DNA of 64,000 nucleotides from Candidatus Limnocylindrales bacterium (GCA_036555445.1 DATBLH010000011.1:30528-94527); one strand, 5' to 3'; counted from the first letter of the stretch, positions 44,590-54,547 are shown. A program made the numbers and translations. Notes: generated by a model from the letters alone, not told the origin.

Positions 44590-45698
44590 CGGCTGACTCC
44601 CGCCTGGTCGGGCTCGCTGACGCCACTGAGATTCGCGCGGTGGGTGTCGATCGCATCCTGCAGTCGCGGCCGCCCCTCGGGCGTGTGGAGGAGGCACCGA
44701 GCGAGCTGGCCGCCCGGTCCAGCCGAGTAGAGGTCCGGCACGACGCGGGTGCAGCTGTCCCAGCGGTACGGGCAGCGAGGCTCGAAGCGGCAGGCGGGTG
44801 GCAGGTTGAACGGCGACGGGACCACGCCCTTGATCGCCGATAGACGCCCGCCCCGCTTGGTCACATCGGGGATCGACTCCAGGAGCCCCATCGTGTATGG
44901 CATCCGGGGCTCGAGGAGGACCTGTTCGGTGGTTCCCTGCTCCACCACCTGGCCGGCGTACATCACGACGACGTTCTTGACCATCTCGGCGACCACGCCA
45001 AGGTCGTGGGTGATGAGGATGAGCGCCGAGTCGGTGCGGTCCTGGATCGCCTTGAGCAGCTCGAGGATCTGGGCCTGGACGGTGACGTCGAGTGCCGTCG
45101 TCGGCTCGTCCGCGATCAGCAGCTTCGGCTCGCACGAGAGCGCCATCGCGATCATCACCCGCTGCCGCATTCCACCCGACATCTCGTGCGGGTACTGCTT
45201 GACCCGCCGATCCGGGTTCGGGATTCCGACCAGGGTCAGCGACTCGATCGCCCGGTCCCAGGCGGCCTTCTTCGACAGCTTCCGGTGGCGGATCACCTGC
45301 TCCGCGATCTGGTCGCCGACGGTGAACACCGGGTTCAGGCTCGTCAGCGGCTCCTGGAAGATCATCGCGATGTCGTTGCCGCGGATGTCGCGCATCTTCT
45401 CGATCGGCAGCGACAGGATCTCGCGGCCGTTGAACCAGATCTCCCCCTCGGGGATCTCGGCGGGCGGGATGTCGAGCAGACGCATGATCGTGAGGGCGGT
45501 GACGCTCTTGCCGCTCCCCGACTCGCCGACGATCCCCAGCGTGTCGCCCTTCCCGAGCTGGAAGCTCACGCCGTCCACGGCCCGCACGGTCCCGTCCATG
45601 ACGTGGAACAGGGTGTGGAGATTGCGGACGTCGAGCAGCAGGTCGGGCGCCGGGGGATGCTGCGCGATCTCGGGACGGGCGACGACCTCGTCGATCAT
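44586..45698 (-). CDS. oligopeptide ABC transporter ATP-binding protein (OppD-like)
   Basis: 370 aa. Walker A GESGSGKS, signature MSGGMRQRV. Confidence 0.9.
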   Translation of the reverse strand: MIDEVVARPEIAQHPPAPDLLLDVRNLHTLFHVMDGTVRAVDGVSFQLGKGDTLGIVGESGSGKSVTALTIMRLLDIPPAEIPEGEIWFNGREILSLPIEKMRDIRGNDIAMIFQEPLTSLNPVFTVGDQIAEQVIRHRKLSKKAAWDRAIESLTLVGIPNPDRRVKQYPHEMSGGMRQRVMIAMALSCEPKLLIADEPTTALDVTVQAQILELLKAIQDRTDSALILITHDLGVVAEMVKNVVVMYAGQVVEQGTTEQVLLEPRMPYTMGLLESIPDVTKRGGRLSAIKGVVPSPFNLPPACRFEPRCPYRWDSCTRVVPDLYSAGPGGQLARCLLHTPEGRPRLQDAIDTHRANLSGVSEPDQAGVSR

Positions 45699-46657
45699 GC
45701 GCGCGATCGTGGATCGAGCGCGTCACGCAGGCCGTCGCCGATGAAGTTGACGGCCAGCACGGTGAGGATGATCGCGAGTCCCGGGAACAGCGGCCACCAC
45801 CAGTTGCCGCGCGAGATGAACGTCAGGGCATTGGACAGGATGTTGCCCCAGGTCGGGTAGATCGGGTTGACGCCGAAGCCGAGGAAGCTCACGAACGCCT
45901 CGGCGATGATGTTGGCCGCCACGAGCAGCGAGGCCGCGACGACGATCGGACTGATCGCGTTGGGCAGGATGTGGCGGAAGATGATCCGCCGGTCGCTGAC
46001 CCCGACGGCGCGGGCGGCTTCCACGAACTCCCGCTCGCGAATCGACAGGAACAGGCTGCGCACGAGGCGCGAGATCCCCATCCACGAGAACACCCCGAAG
46101 ATGATGATGATCAGGATCACGTTGCCGTTGCCGAAGAAGCGGCTGGCGACGAGGATCACGAACAGGATCGGCAGGCTGAGCATCACGTCCACGATCCGCA
46201 TCAGCACGTTGTCGACGAACCCGCCGAGATAGCCTGCCAGCGACCCGACGAACGTCCCGATCACGACCCCGATGAGCATGCTCGAGAACCCGATCGTGAG
46301 CGATGTCCGGGCGCCGTTGACGACCAGCTGGAGGACGTCACGCTGGAGGCCGCCCGTCTCCCCGAACAGGTGCTGGATGGACGGTGGCCGCCCATTGGGT
46401 GCGATGACATCGGGCTTGGGGACCCGGTTGAACTCGAACGGCGCGATGACCGGACCCACGATCGCCACCAGCAGCAGGCCGGCAAGGATGCCGAGACCGA
46501 TCAGCGCGAGGCGATGGCGGCGGAACTTCCGCCACGCGAGCTGCCACTGGTTGAGCGATTCGAGCGTGACCTCATAGTCCGCGCCGGCCTCCTCGACCCG
46601 CCGCTCGACCTCGGCGGTTGCGAGCTCGGTGACAGCCTGGTTGAGGTGCTGGCTCAT
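45695..46657 (-). CDS. ABC transporter permease (OppC-like)
   Basis: 320 aa membrane protein in the BPD-transporter family. Confidence 0.9.
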   Translation of the reverse strand: MSQHLNQAVTELATAEVERRVEEAGADYEVTLESLNQWQLAWRKFRRHRLALIGLGILAGLLLVAIVGPVIAPFEFNRVPKPDVIAPNGRPPSIQHLFGETGGLQRDVLQLVVNGARTSLTIGFSSMLIGVVIGTFVGSLAGYLGGFVDNVLMRIVDVMLSLPILFVILVASRFFGNGNVILIIIIFGVFSWMGISRLVRSLFLSIREREFVEAARAVGVSDRRIIFRHILPNAISPIVVAASLLVAANIIAEAFVSFLGFGVNPIYPTWGNILSNALTFISRGNWWWPLFPGLAIILTVLAVNFIGDGLRDALDPRSRA

Positions 46658-46664
46658 CGGACGC

Positions 46665-47786
46665 TCAGTACCGGATCCGCGGATCGACGACCGCGTATGC
46701 GATGTCGGCCAGCAGGTTGGCGAGGACCGTGAGCAGCGCGGTGATCAGGAGTACCCCCATCAGCGTCGGGTAGTCGAAGCCACGAGTGGCGTCGATCGTC
46801 AGCCGCCCGATGCCGGGCCAGGCGAAGATCGTCTCGGTCACGATCGCGCCGGTAAACAGGAACGGGATCTCGAGTCCGATGTTGGTGACCACCGGCAACA
46901 AGGCGTTCCGCAGCGCGTGCTTGAAGGTCACCACGCGGCCCGGGAGACCCTTGGCCTTGGCGGTGCGTACGTAGTCCTGGCCGAGCGCCTCGATCATGCT
47001 CGCGCGGACGAACCGGGAGTCGCCGGCGATGTTGACCACGATCAGGGTGAACACGGGCAGGATGAGGTGGCGCCCGATGTCCACCAGGGCGGCAACCGGT
47101 TGCTTGCCGAAATACAGCCAGTAGGCGTCGCTGCCGAACGGCGGTGACAGGCGGGTGGTCGTGATCCCGCTCGACGGCAGGATGTTCAGGCCGGGACCGC
47201 TGAACAGGAAGATCAGCATGATTCCCAGCCAGAACGTCGGCATTGCGTAGCCCACGTAGGCGAACACGGTCGCCGCCTGGTCGAACACGGAGTAGCGCCG
47301 GATCGCCGCGTTGACCCCGATCAGGATCGCCATCGCGATCCACAGCAGGAAGGCAAGACCGGCCAGGATCAGGGTCGGCAGCGCCGCCCGGACGATCCGC
47401 GTGGACACCTTCTCCCCGGTATCGATCGAGACCCCGAAGTCGCCGTGGAGGACGCCGTTCGTGGCGCCCGACAATCCCTGGGGCAGGAAGTGCGGCCAGC
47501 CGTTGGGGCCGATGAACGCAGCCGGCGTCGGGATCACCCCGAGGACGACGCCGTCCACCTCGGGATTGCAGGCACCCAGCCATCGGCAGTACTGGACGGG
47601 GATCGGCTGGTCCAGGCCCCAGGCCTTCTTGAACGCCTCGCGGTCCTCCGCGGTCACCCGCGGGTTGTTGGCGAAGCGTGCGGTGGGCCCGCCGGGCGCG
47701 GCGAGCAGGATTCCATAGACGACGATCGTGATACCCAGGAGCACCGGCAACGCCTGGAGGACGCGCCGGATGATGTACTTCGTCAT
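46665..47786 (-). CDS. ABC transporter permease (OppB-like)
   Basis: 373 aa: MTKYIIRRVLQALPVLLGITIVVYGILLAAPGGP... Confidence 0.9.
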   Translation of the reverse strand: MTKYIIRRVLQALPVLLGITIVVYGILLAAPGGPTARFANNPRVTAEDREAFKKAWGLDQPIPVQYCRWLGACNPEVDGVVLGVIPTPAAFIGPNGWPHFLPQGLSGATNGVLHGDFGVSIDTGEKVSTRIVRAALPTLILAGLAFLLWIAMAILIGVNAAIRRYSVFDQAATVFAYVGYAMPTFWLGIMLIFLFSGPGLNILPSSGITTTRLSPPFGSDAYWLYFGKQPVAALVDIGRHLILPVFTLIVVNIAGDSRFVRASMIEALGQDYVRTAKAKGLPGRVVTFKHALRNALLPVVTNIGLEIPFLFTGAIVTETIFAWPGIGRLTIDATRGFDYPTLMGVLLITALLTVLANLLADIAYAVVDPRIRY

Positions 47787-47858
47787 CGTCCTCTCCTGGG
47801 TGCGCTACGACGACCGACGACCGGTGGCCCCGTTTCCGGTCTGCGTAGTGTGAACGAT

Positions 47859-47885
47859 CTCGGGGCGCCCGTTGGGCGCCCCGAG
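47859..47885 (-). terminator. intercistronic perfect hairpin (ctcggggcgccc-gtt-gggcgccccgag) between the SBP gene and the first permease gene
   Basis: 12-bp perfect stem lying 39 nt after the SBP stop. Confidence 0.35.
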
Positions 47886-47923
47886 AGGTGTGCTAGATCA
47901 GGATCCCGGCTCCAGGCCCGGAC

Positions 47924-49744
47924 CTACTGCTGGATCCACCAGTCGGCGGCGTTCCAAAGTGGGCCCGTGGACGTCGGGTTCCCGGTGAAGTTCTGGACGG
48001 ACGGCTTGTGGAGGTAGACCTCCTTGCGGAAGTACAGCGGGATCTCGATCGTCTTCTCGACGTAGATCTGCTGGAAGGTCGCCATCGCCTCCTTCACCAC
48101 CGCGAAGTCGACGTTGTTCTTGACCGTCTCCAGGGCCTCGTCGACGTCGGGGTCGGTGATGTGGCCGTCATTGCCGCCTTCCGGCTCGAGCTGGCTCGAG
48201 TGGTAGACGGGATAGTTCGACAACGGATCGAGCGGCACCGAGAAGGCGTGCTCGGCGAAGTCGTAGGAATAGCGCGAGAGGGCGCACGGCGTATCCGTGG
48301 TCGACTCGTTGTAGGCAGCGAAGATGTCGTCGGGCGAAACCGCGTTGACGACGGAATCGATGCCCACTTCCTTCAGCCAGCCGGCGACCAGGGCAAGGGT
48401 GTCCTGGCGGACCTGGCGGGTCGTCGTGCACAGCTCGACCTTGGCTTTGAGGCCGCCCTTCTCACGGATGCCGTCGGCACCCGCGGTCCAGCCGGCCGCG
48501 TCGAGCGCGGCCTTGGCGCCCTCGAGGTCCTGCGCGTCGGTCGCCGTCGGGGCGACATAGAACCACGCGCTCGGGGAGACGTTGGTCTGGGCCAGGGCGG
48601 CAGCGCCGCCGAGGAGCTGAGCGTTGATCGCGTTCTTGTCGATCGCGAGCTTGACCGCTTCGCGGATTGCCGGATCCGAGGCAGGGCAGCCCGTGCCACG
48701 GTCGGTGACACGCGGCGAGCACGTGTCCTCCGAGAAGTTCGGCCGGATGAACTCGTAGGTCAGCGAGTCGATCGACAGGACCTCGTCCTGCGGGATGTCG
48801 ACCAGCTTCGGCAGGTCGGCGTCGTTGAGGTCGGTGTTGAGGTCGTACTCATCGCCCGCGTAGCCGGCGATCATCACGTCGGCGTCCGCGTACCACTTGA
48901 ACACGATCTCGTCGAGATAGGCCGAGCGGCCGTCCTTGTTCTTCCAGTTGTCGTTGCGCGCCAGCCGGAGCTCCTGGCCGGGCGTGATCGACTCGAACTT
49001 GAACGGGCCGGATACGACCGCGTTCGGGAGCTCATCCGGAAGGTAGCCCTTGCCCGTGAGCGCGTCCTTGATCGGAATCGGCTCCAGGTAGTGGCGCGGC
49101 AGGACGCCGGTGCCGAACAGCGTGATGTAGCCCTCATAGATGTTCTTGAAGTGCCACACCATCTCGGTGTCGGACGAGCAGTCGATGCTCGAGATGTCCT
49201 CGTAGCCGGTCTTTCCGGCGGGAAGACCCACGGTCGCGGGATCCATGATCCAGCCGAGCGTGAACACGAAGTCGTCGCACGTCAGCGGCTCGCCATCGGA
49301 CCACAACAGCCCGTCGCGAAGCGTCCAGGTCACGGTCATGGCGTCGCCGCCTTCACCCTGCGTGACCCCGCCGTTGTCGAGGGTCGGGATCTCGGTGGCC
49401 TGGCTCGGCGCGTACTTGAAGTCGTTGGTCGAGGTGACCAGGGTGTCCCAGGTCGCCGTATTGACGTTAGCCTCGGTCACCTGGTTGAAGTAGTACGGGT
49501 TGAACAGGTTCGCTTCCTGCCAGTCGGCGAAGATGACCTGCCCACCAGGGGTGCCTTCCGACGGCGCATAGCTGGTATTGAACAGGTCGACCTCGCCGGT
49601 GCCCCCCGAGGCGCTCGGGCTCGGACCAGACGCTGAGGGTCCCGGTCCGCTCGGGCTGACCGACGGCGCCTGCGACGCCGCGGGTCCGCAGGCCGCGAGC
49701 GCGAGGCTTGCGCCCGCGAGCAGCACGAATAGGCGATTCTTCAT
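47924..49744 (-). CDS. ABC transporter substrate-binding lipoprotein, family 5 (Opp/Dpp-type)
   Basis: ORF 47924..50554 trimmed to the ATG at 49744, preceded by GGAGGA 6 nt upstream. Lipobox MKNRLFVLLAGASLALAACG plus a Ser/Pro/Gly tether. 606 aa. Confidence 0.85.
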   Translation of the reverse strand: MKNRLFVLLAGASLALAACGPAASQAPSVSPSGPGPSASGPSPSASGGTGEVDLFNTSYAPSEGTPGGQVIFADWQEANLFNPYYFNQVTEANVNTATWDTLVTSTNDFKYAPSQATEIPTLDNGGVTQGEGGDAMTVTWTLRDGLLWSDGEPLTCDDFVFTLGWIMDPATVGLPAGKTGYEDISSIDCSSDTEMVWHFKNIYEGYITLFGTGVLPRHYLEPIPIKDALTGKGYLPDELPNAVVSGPFKFESITPGQELRLARNDNWKNKDGRSAYLDEIVFKWYADADVMIAGYAGDEYDLNTDLNDADLPKLVDIPQDEVLSIDSLTYEFIRPNFSEDTCSPRVTDRGTGCPASDPAIREAVKLAIDKNAINAQLLGGAAALAQTNVSPSAWFYVAPTATDAQDLEGAKAALDAAGWTAGADGIREKGGLKAKVELCTTTRQVRQDTLALVAGWLKEVGIDSVVNAVSPDDIFAAYNESTTDTPCALSRYSYDFAEHAFSVPLDPLSNYPVYHSSQLEPEGGNDGHITDPDVDEALETVKNNVDFAVVKEAMATFQQIYVEKTIEIPLYFRKEVYLHKPSVQNFTGNPTSTGPLWNAADWWIQQ

Positions 49745-49917
49745 CAAGGCTCCTCCAAAGTGTGCCAATCGTTCGCGTGGATCTCCGGTCTTCGACCGTT
49801 GGTATCCGCGCGCTCGATCGTGTCGCGGTGCCTCCCAGGCAATGTGACCGCGACATGGAACGGGCGCTCCCGGCGCCCCACCTGCCGGCGTACTATGCAA
49901 ATGCCCACTGGACCATG

Positions 49918-50457
49918 TCAAATCGCCGCCGGCGCTCGTCCGCTGGGTCCGTTGGCCACCTCCTTCTCGGCGGGTCTCGCGGAATCCGGATCGGGCCGCG
50001 GGCCCAGAGCTCGCAGATCGGCCACAGGCACGATCGGCCTTCGGGTTCGAAGGAATGCCTGCTCGGCGACCCGTTCGATCGCCACCGGATCGACGCCCGG
50101 GACCACGAGGGGCTGGCTCGTGCTCCAGCGTGGCAGCACTGTCGATGCGACGACGGCGATCCCGATCGCCATCCCCGCCAGCGGCGACATGATGGTCGCG
50201 CGACGCGAGCGCCGCGCCAGCCGGGCACGCAACCCGGGCCAGGCGTCGGCGGGCGCCTCGACGGCGGCGAGGTCGCGACCGATCCGGCGCAGGGCCGCGA
50301 TCGCCAGTGCAATCTCGGTGAGCTGGGCCTCGCACTTCTCGCAGCCGTCGAGGTGATCGAGGGCCGCCTGGGTGGCGCTCGTTCGGCCGCCACCGTCGAC
50401 GAGATCGATCAGCGTCGCCTGGTACACGGCGCACGGCTCGAAGACCCGGCTGATCAT
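49918..50457 (-). CDS. zinc-binding (ZAS-type, HxxxCxxC) anti-sigma factor with one TM helix
   Basis: 179 aa with HLDGCEKCE and the TM segment MSPLAGMAIGIAVVASTVL. ATGA overlap with the sigma-gene stop. Confidence 0.7.
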   Translation of the reverse strand: MISRVFEPCAVYQATLIDLVDGGGRTSATQAALDHLDGCEKCEAQLTEIALAIAALRRIGRDLAAVEAPADAWPGLRARLARRSRRATIMSPLAGMAIGIAVVASTVLPRWSTSQPLVVPGVDPVAIERVAEQAFLRTRRPIVPVADLRALGPRPDPDSARPAEKEVANGPSGRAPAAI

Positions 50458-51119
50458 CGCGATCGATCCCGGGACACGGCGCCGACGGCCGGCACGACCG
50501 CGGGGTAGGCATGCTCGAAACGGCGATCGCGCTCGAGATGCGCCCGCAGGCCACGGAGCGCGTAATGCAGGCGGGACTTCACGGTGCCCAGCCGCACATC
50601 GAGGAAGTTCGCGGTCTCCTGGAGCGAGAGGCCGTGGAGGTAGTACAGGACGACCACGTTCTGGTGCTTGGGCGGAAGCTGTGCGATCCCGTCACGAACG
50701 ATTCGGCGCAGCTCCTGCTGCTCTGCCCGCTCGGCCGGTTCGGTCGCCTGGTCGCGCAGTCCGGCGACGTTCGCGTCGCCGATCGGCTCGGCCGGGATCC
50801 GCTTGCGATCGAGCCTGGAGTAGCACAGGTTGAGCGCCACCCGGTGCAGCCAGGGGACCGGGGAAACGTGGGCGATCAGCGACGCACGGTGACGCCAGGC
50901 ACGCGCGAACGTGTCCTGGAGCACCTCTTCGGCCGCCTGTCGATCCCCGGTGAGGCCGTACGCCGTCCGGAAGATCAGTGTTCGATGTCGGTCGAAGAAC
51001 GCCTCGAAGGCGTCGAGATCGTCTGCCTTGATCCGGCCGATGAGCTCTGCGTCCGTTCGGCGGACGTGGGCACTCGGCTCGGGAGACATGGTTTCGCTCG
51101 TCGTGATTCTCCCGCTCAC
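50454..51119 (-). CDS. ECF (sigma-70 family, group 4) RNA polymerase sigma factor; start either GTG at 51119 or ATG at 51089
   Basis: Region 2 AWRHRASL... and region 4 LPPKHQNVVVLYYLHGLSLQETANFLDVRLGTVKSRL. Confidence 0.85.
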   Translation of the reverse strand: MSGRITTSETMSPEPSAHVRRTDAELIGRIKADDLDAFEAFFDRHRTLIFRTAYGLTGDRQAAEEVLQDTFARAWRHRASLIAHVSPVPWLHRVALNLCYSRLDRKRIPAEPIGDANVAGLRDQATEPAERAEQQELRRIVRDGIAQLPPKHQNVVVLYYLHGLSLQETANFLDVRLGTVKSRLHYALRGLRAHLERDRRFEHAYPAVVPAVGAVSRDRSR

Positions 51120-51171
51120 GCGTCAGCGTCCCCCCGCTGTACCCATACGATACGGCCCCTGCGCCGGGAAG

Positions 51172-51188
51172 GTTCAGTGTTTGTGAAC
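51172..51188. promoter_or_regulatory. inverted repeat GTTCA-N7-TGAAC next to a GAACC(TT) -35-like element upstream of the ECF sigma gene
   Basis: Minus-strand GTTCACaaacacTGAACCTT lies 50-70 nt upstream of the sigma start. GGAAC-like -35 elements are typical of ECF promoters. Confidence 0.2.
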
Positions 51189-51230
51189 TTCTCGCTCCGT
51201 CACGGCGTCGCGAAGCGGCCGCGCGCCGCC

Positions 51231-52736
51231 TTAATCGGGGCAGGGCATCTGCCGGCCCGTCATCGGACGCCAGCGAAGGTTCGGCTGGCGCGCCGCGGTC
51301 GCCTCGTCCAGCCGGCGGACGGGGGCGGTGTGCGGCGCCCCGGTCACCACCGCCGGTTCGCTCCCCGCCTCGTGGGCGATCTCGATCAGCGCATCGGCGA
51401 ACGCATCGAGGGTCTCGAGCGATTCGGTCTCGGTCGGCTCCACGAGCATCCCTTCTTCCACGGTGAGCGGAAAATAGATCGTGGGCGGGTGGAATCCGTG
51501 ATCGATGAGCCGCTTCGCGATGTCCAGCGTCCGGACCCCGGTGCGCTTCTTGATCCCGGCCGCCGACGCCACGAACTCGTGCTTGCACGCCTGCTCGAAC
51601 GGGATGTCGTAGGAGCCGTCGGTCGCCAGCCGGTGCTTCAGGTAGTTGGCGGCCAGGACCGCGTCGTCGGTCACCTCGCGGAGGCCCTCGGCACCGTGGG
51701 CGCGGAGGTATGCGTACGCGCGGACGAGCACCCCGGTGCTGCCGACGAAGCTCCGCATGCGCCCGATCGAGGTTGGCCGCTCACCGGCTCGCTCGAGGCG
51801 GAATGAGCCGTCGTCGTCCCGGATCACCCGCGGAACCGGCAGGAACGGCTCCAGGAGCTCGCCCACTCCGACCGGACCCGCCCCGGGTCCGCCGCCACCG
51901 TGGGGGGTGCTGAACGTCTTGTGGGTGTTGAGGTGCATCACGTCGAAGCCGGCCTCGCCGGGCTTGAACCGGCCCAGGATCGCGTTCAGGTTGGCGCCGT
52001 CCATGTACGCGAGGGCGCCCGCTTCGTGAACGGCCTCGAGGAGCTCCCCGATCCGGCGCTCGAACAGCCCGAGCGTGGACGGGTTGGTGATCATGACCGC
52101 GGCGGTACGGGGCCCGAGCGCGGACCGAAACGCCTCTACGTCCACGCCCCCGTCACGGGCCGACGGGATGCTCACGGTCCGGTAGCCGGCCATCGACGCC
52201 GTGGCTGGGTTGGTGCCGTGGGCCGAGTCCGGGACCAGCACCTCCGACCGCTCGCGGTCCTCGCGGGAGCGGTGATAGGCCCGGATCATCAGGATCCCGG
52301 TCAGCTCACCCTGGGCGCCTGCTGCCGGCTGCAGGCTGACCGCCCGCATCCCGGTGACCTCGGCCAGGATCCCCTGGAGCTCCCACAGCAGCTGCAGGGT
52401 TCCCTGGACGGCCTCGTCGGGGGCGAGTGGATGCGCGCCGGCGAAGCCGGGGAGCCGGGCGGCCCACTCGTTGAGCTTGGGGTTGAACTTCATGGTGCAC
52501 GAACCGAGCGGGTAGAAGCCGGTGTCGACCGCGAAGTTCAGTTGCGACAGGTTGACATAGTGGCGGACGACCTCGACCTCGTTGATCTCCGGCAGGCCGG
52601 GCGCGTCACCTCGCAGCTGATGGGCGGGGATCCCGGACAGGGCGTCCTTCGGTGGATGCGGGATCTTGCCGCCACCGCGTTCGGCTCGAGAGCGCTCGAA
52701 CAGCGTCGGTTGGAGCCGCGGCCCGGTGACGCTCAT
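51231..52736 (-). CDS. gcvPB: glycine dehydrogenase (decarboxylating) subunit 2
   Basis: 501 aa with PLP-lysine context NLHKTFSTPHGGGGPG. Confidence 0.95.
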   Translation of the reverse strand: MSVTGPRLQPTLFERSRAERGGGKIPHPPKDALSGIPAHQLRGDAPGLPEINEVEVVRHYVNLSQLNFAVDTGFYPLGSCTMKFNPKLNEWAARLPGFAGAHPLAPDEAVQGTLQLLWELQGILAEVTGMRAVSLQPAAGAQGELTGILMIRAYHRSREDRERSEVLVPDSAHGTNPATASMAGYRTVSIPSARDGGVDVEAFRSALGPRTAAVMITNPSTLGLFERRIGELLEAVHEAGALAYMDGANLNAILGRFKPGEAGFDVMHLNTHKTFSTPHGGGGPGAGPVGVGELLEPFLPVPRVIRDDDGSFRLERAGERPTSIGRMRSFVGSTGVLVRAYAYLRAHGAEGLREVTDDAVLAANYLKHRLATDGSYDIPFEQACKHEFVASAAGIKKRTGVRTLDIAKRLIDHGFHPPTIYFPLTVEEGMLVEPTETESLETLDAFADALIEIAHEAGSEPAVVTGAPHTAPVRRLDEATAARQPNLRWRPMTGRQMPCPD

Positions 52737-54160
52737 CCGCGGCGTCCCGGGCTCGCCGCGCCGGCGGCGCCTGCACCGGCCTCGACGGCGACCGGCGGCC
52801 GGCCGCTGAGTGCCTCTTCCAGCGCCGTCGCGAACCGGGCGATCTCGGCCGGCGTGGTGACCTCCGTGGCACAGACGAGGAGCGTGTCCCGCAGGTCATC
52901 CTCGTCGGGCAGGACGTCCTCGAGCACGAGCCCGGCCAGGACACCGCGCTCGAGGAGCCGGCGATGGACGAGCCGGGCGTTGGGGACGCGGACGGCGAAC
53001 TCGTTGAGGAACGCGGCGTCGTGGGCGCGATGGGCTCCCGCGGCGACCAGTGCCTTCTCCAGCTCCCTCGCGCGTGCGGCGCCGAGCGCAGCCACGTCCC
53101 GCAGTCCGTGCGGTCCGATCACCGCGAGGTAGACGGAGGCGGCGAGCGCGAGCAGCGCCTGGTTGGTGCAGATGTTCGAGGCCGCCTTGTCCCGCCGGAT
53201 GTCCTGCTCGCGCGCGCGGAGCGTCATCACGAACGCTCGCCGCCCCTCGAGGTCGGTGGTCATGCCCACCAGCCGCCCGGGGATCTGCCGGACCAGCGGC
53301 TCCGTGCACGCGAGGATGCCGAGGTAGGGGCCGCCGTACTGGGGCGGGATCCCGAGGGGCTGGCCTTCGCCGGCGGCGATGTCGGCGCCATACGCGCCGG
53401 GTGGCGCAAGGACCCCGAGCGAGACCGGCTCGCAGACGGCGACGAACAGGGCTCCCGCTTCGTGGGCGAGGCGCGCGGCCTCGGCCATTGGTTCCAGGAG
53501 GCCGAGGAAGTTCGGCTGGCCCAAGACGACCCCCGCAACGGGACGATCCGCATCCGAGAGCGACCGCTCGAGGGCAGCGAGGTCGGTCGTCCCGGCCAGC
53601 TCGCCCTGGGCGACCAGCGGCAGCTCTTCCAGGGACAGCCCGCCGGAGAAGTAGGTCGCAAGCGTCTCGCGGTACTGGGGATGGACTGCACGCGAAACCA
53701 GGACCCGGTCGCGATGCGTCGCGCGGCACGTCATCAGCGCTGCCTCGGCCGTCGCCGCAGCGCCGTCGTAGTGGGAGGCCGAGACGACGTCCAGGCCGGT
53801 CAGCTCGGCGAGCAACGACTCGTACTCGTAGATGCTCTGGAGCGTCCCCTGGCTGACCTCCGGCTGGTACGGCGTATAGGCCGTGTACCACTCACCGCGC
53901 AGGAGGATCTGGTCGACGGCCGGCGGACTCCAGTGGCGGTAGACGCCGGCACCCAGGAACGATGCCAGGTCGGCCCGGTTGCGCCCGGCCAGGGCACTCA
54001 GCCGGGCGGCAAGCTCGAGCTCGGGCTCCGCAGCGGGAAGTCCGAGCGGGCTGGCCCGGAGCGCCTCGGGAATGTCCTCGAACAACTGGTCGACGGAGGT
54101 GAGGCCCAGGGCCGCGAGCATCTGCTCTCGATCGGCCGGCGTATGGGGCCCGTAGGGCAT
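52733..54160 (-). CDS. gcvPA: glycine dehydrogenase (decarboxylating) subunit 1
   Basis: 475 aa: ...YTPYQPEVSQGTLQ... Confidence 0.95.
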   Translation of the reverse strand: MPYGPHTPADREQMLAALGLTSVDQLFEDIPEALRASPLGLPAAEPELELAARLSALAGRNRADLASFLGAGVYRHWSPPAVDQILLRGEWYTAYTPYQPEVSQGTLQSIYEYESLLAELTGLDVVSASHYDGAAATAEAALMTCRATHRDRVLVSRAVHPQYRETLATYFSGGLSLEELPLVAQGELAGTTDLAALERSLSDADRPVAGVVLGQPNFLGLLEPMAEAARLAHEAGALFVAVCEPVSLGVLAPPGAYGADIAAGEGQPLGIPPQYGGPYLGILACTEPLVRQIPGRLVGMTTDLEGRRAFVMTLRAREQDIRRDKAASNICTNQALLALAASVYLAVIGPHGLRDVAALGAARARELEKALVAAGAHRAHDAAFLNEFAVRVPNARLVHRRLLERGVLAGLVLEDVLPDEDDLRDTLLVCATEVTTPAEIARFATALEEALSGRPPVAVEAGAGAAGAASPGRRG

Positions 54161-54166
54161 CGCGCG

Positions 54167-54547
54167 CTAGCTCCCCGCGACGAGGGCGTCGTACGCGGCC
54201 GGCTCCAGGAGCTCATCGAGCTGCGCCCGGTCGGCGATCCGGACCCGGATCATCCAGCCGTCGCCATAGGGCGCACCGTTGATCAGCTCGGGCTGCCCGG
54301 TCAGGGCCGAATTGGCCTCCACGACTTCGCCCGCCACCGGTGCGAACAGGTCGCTCACGGCCTTCACCGACTCGACCACACCGAACGTCGCGAACTGCTC
54401 GAGGGATCGACCCGCCTCGGGAAGCTCGACGAACACGATGTCACCGAGCTGGTCGGCAGCGTAGGCGGTGATCCCGATCGTCGCCTCGTCGCCGTCCACC
54501 CGGATCCACTCGTGGTCCTTCGTGTAGCGCAGGTCGGTCGGCACCAT
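54167..54547 (-). CDS. gcvH: glycine cleavage system H protein
   Basis: 126 aa with ESVKAVSDLFAPV (lipoyl-lysine). Confidence 0.95.
   Translation of the reverse strand: MVPTDLRYTKDHEWIRVDGDEATIGITAYAADQLGDIVFVELPEAGRSLEQFATFGVVESVKAVSDLFAPVAGEVVEANSALTGQPELINGAPYGDGWMIRVRIADRAQLDELLEPAAYDALVAGS

Noticed and set aside
43483-45726. 747-aa minus-strand ORF that looks like a giant double ATPase
   Set aside because: It is two separate genes. The OppD-like gene lies in another frame (44586..45698). The OppF-like gene starts at an internal GTG (44589) that forms a GTGA overlap with the OppD stop.
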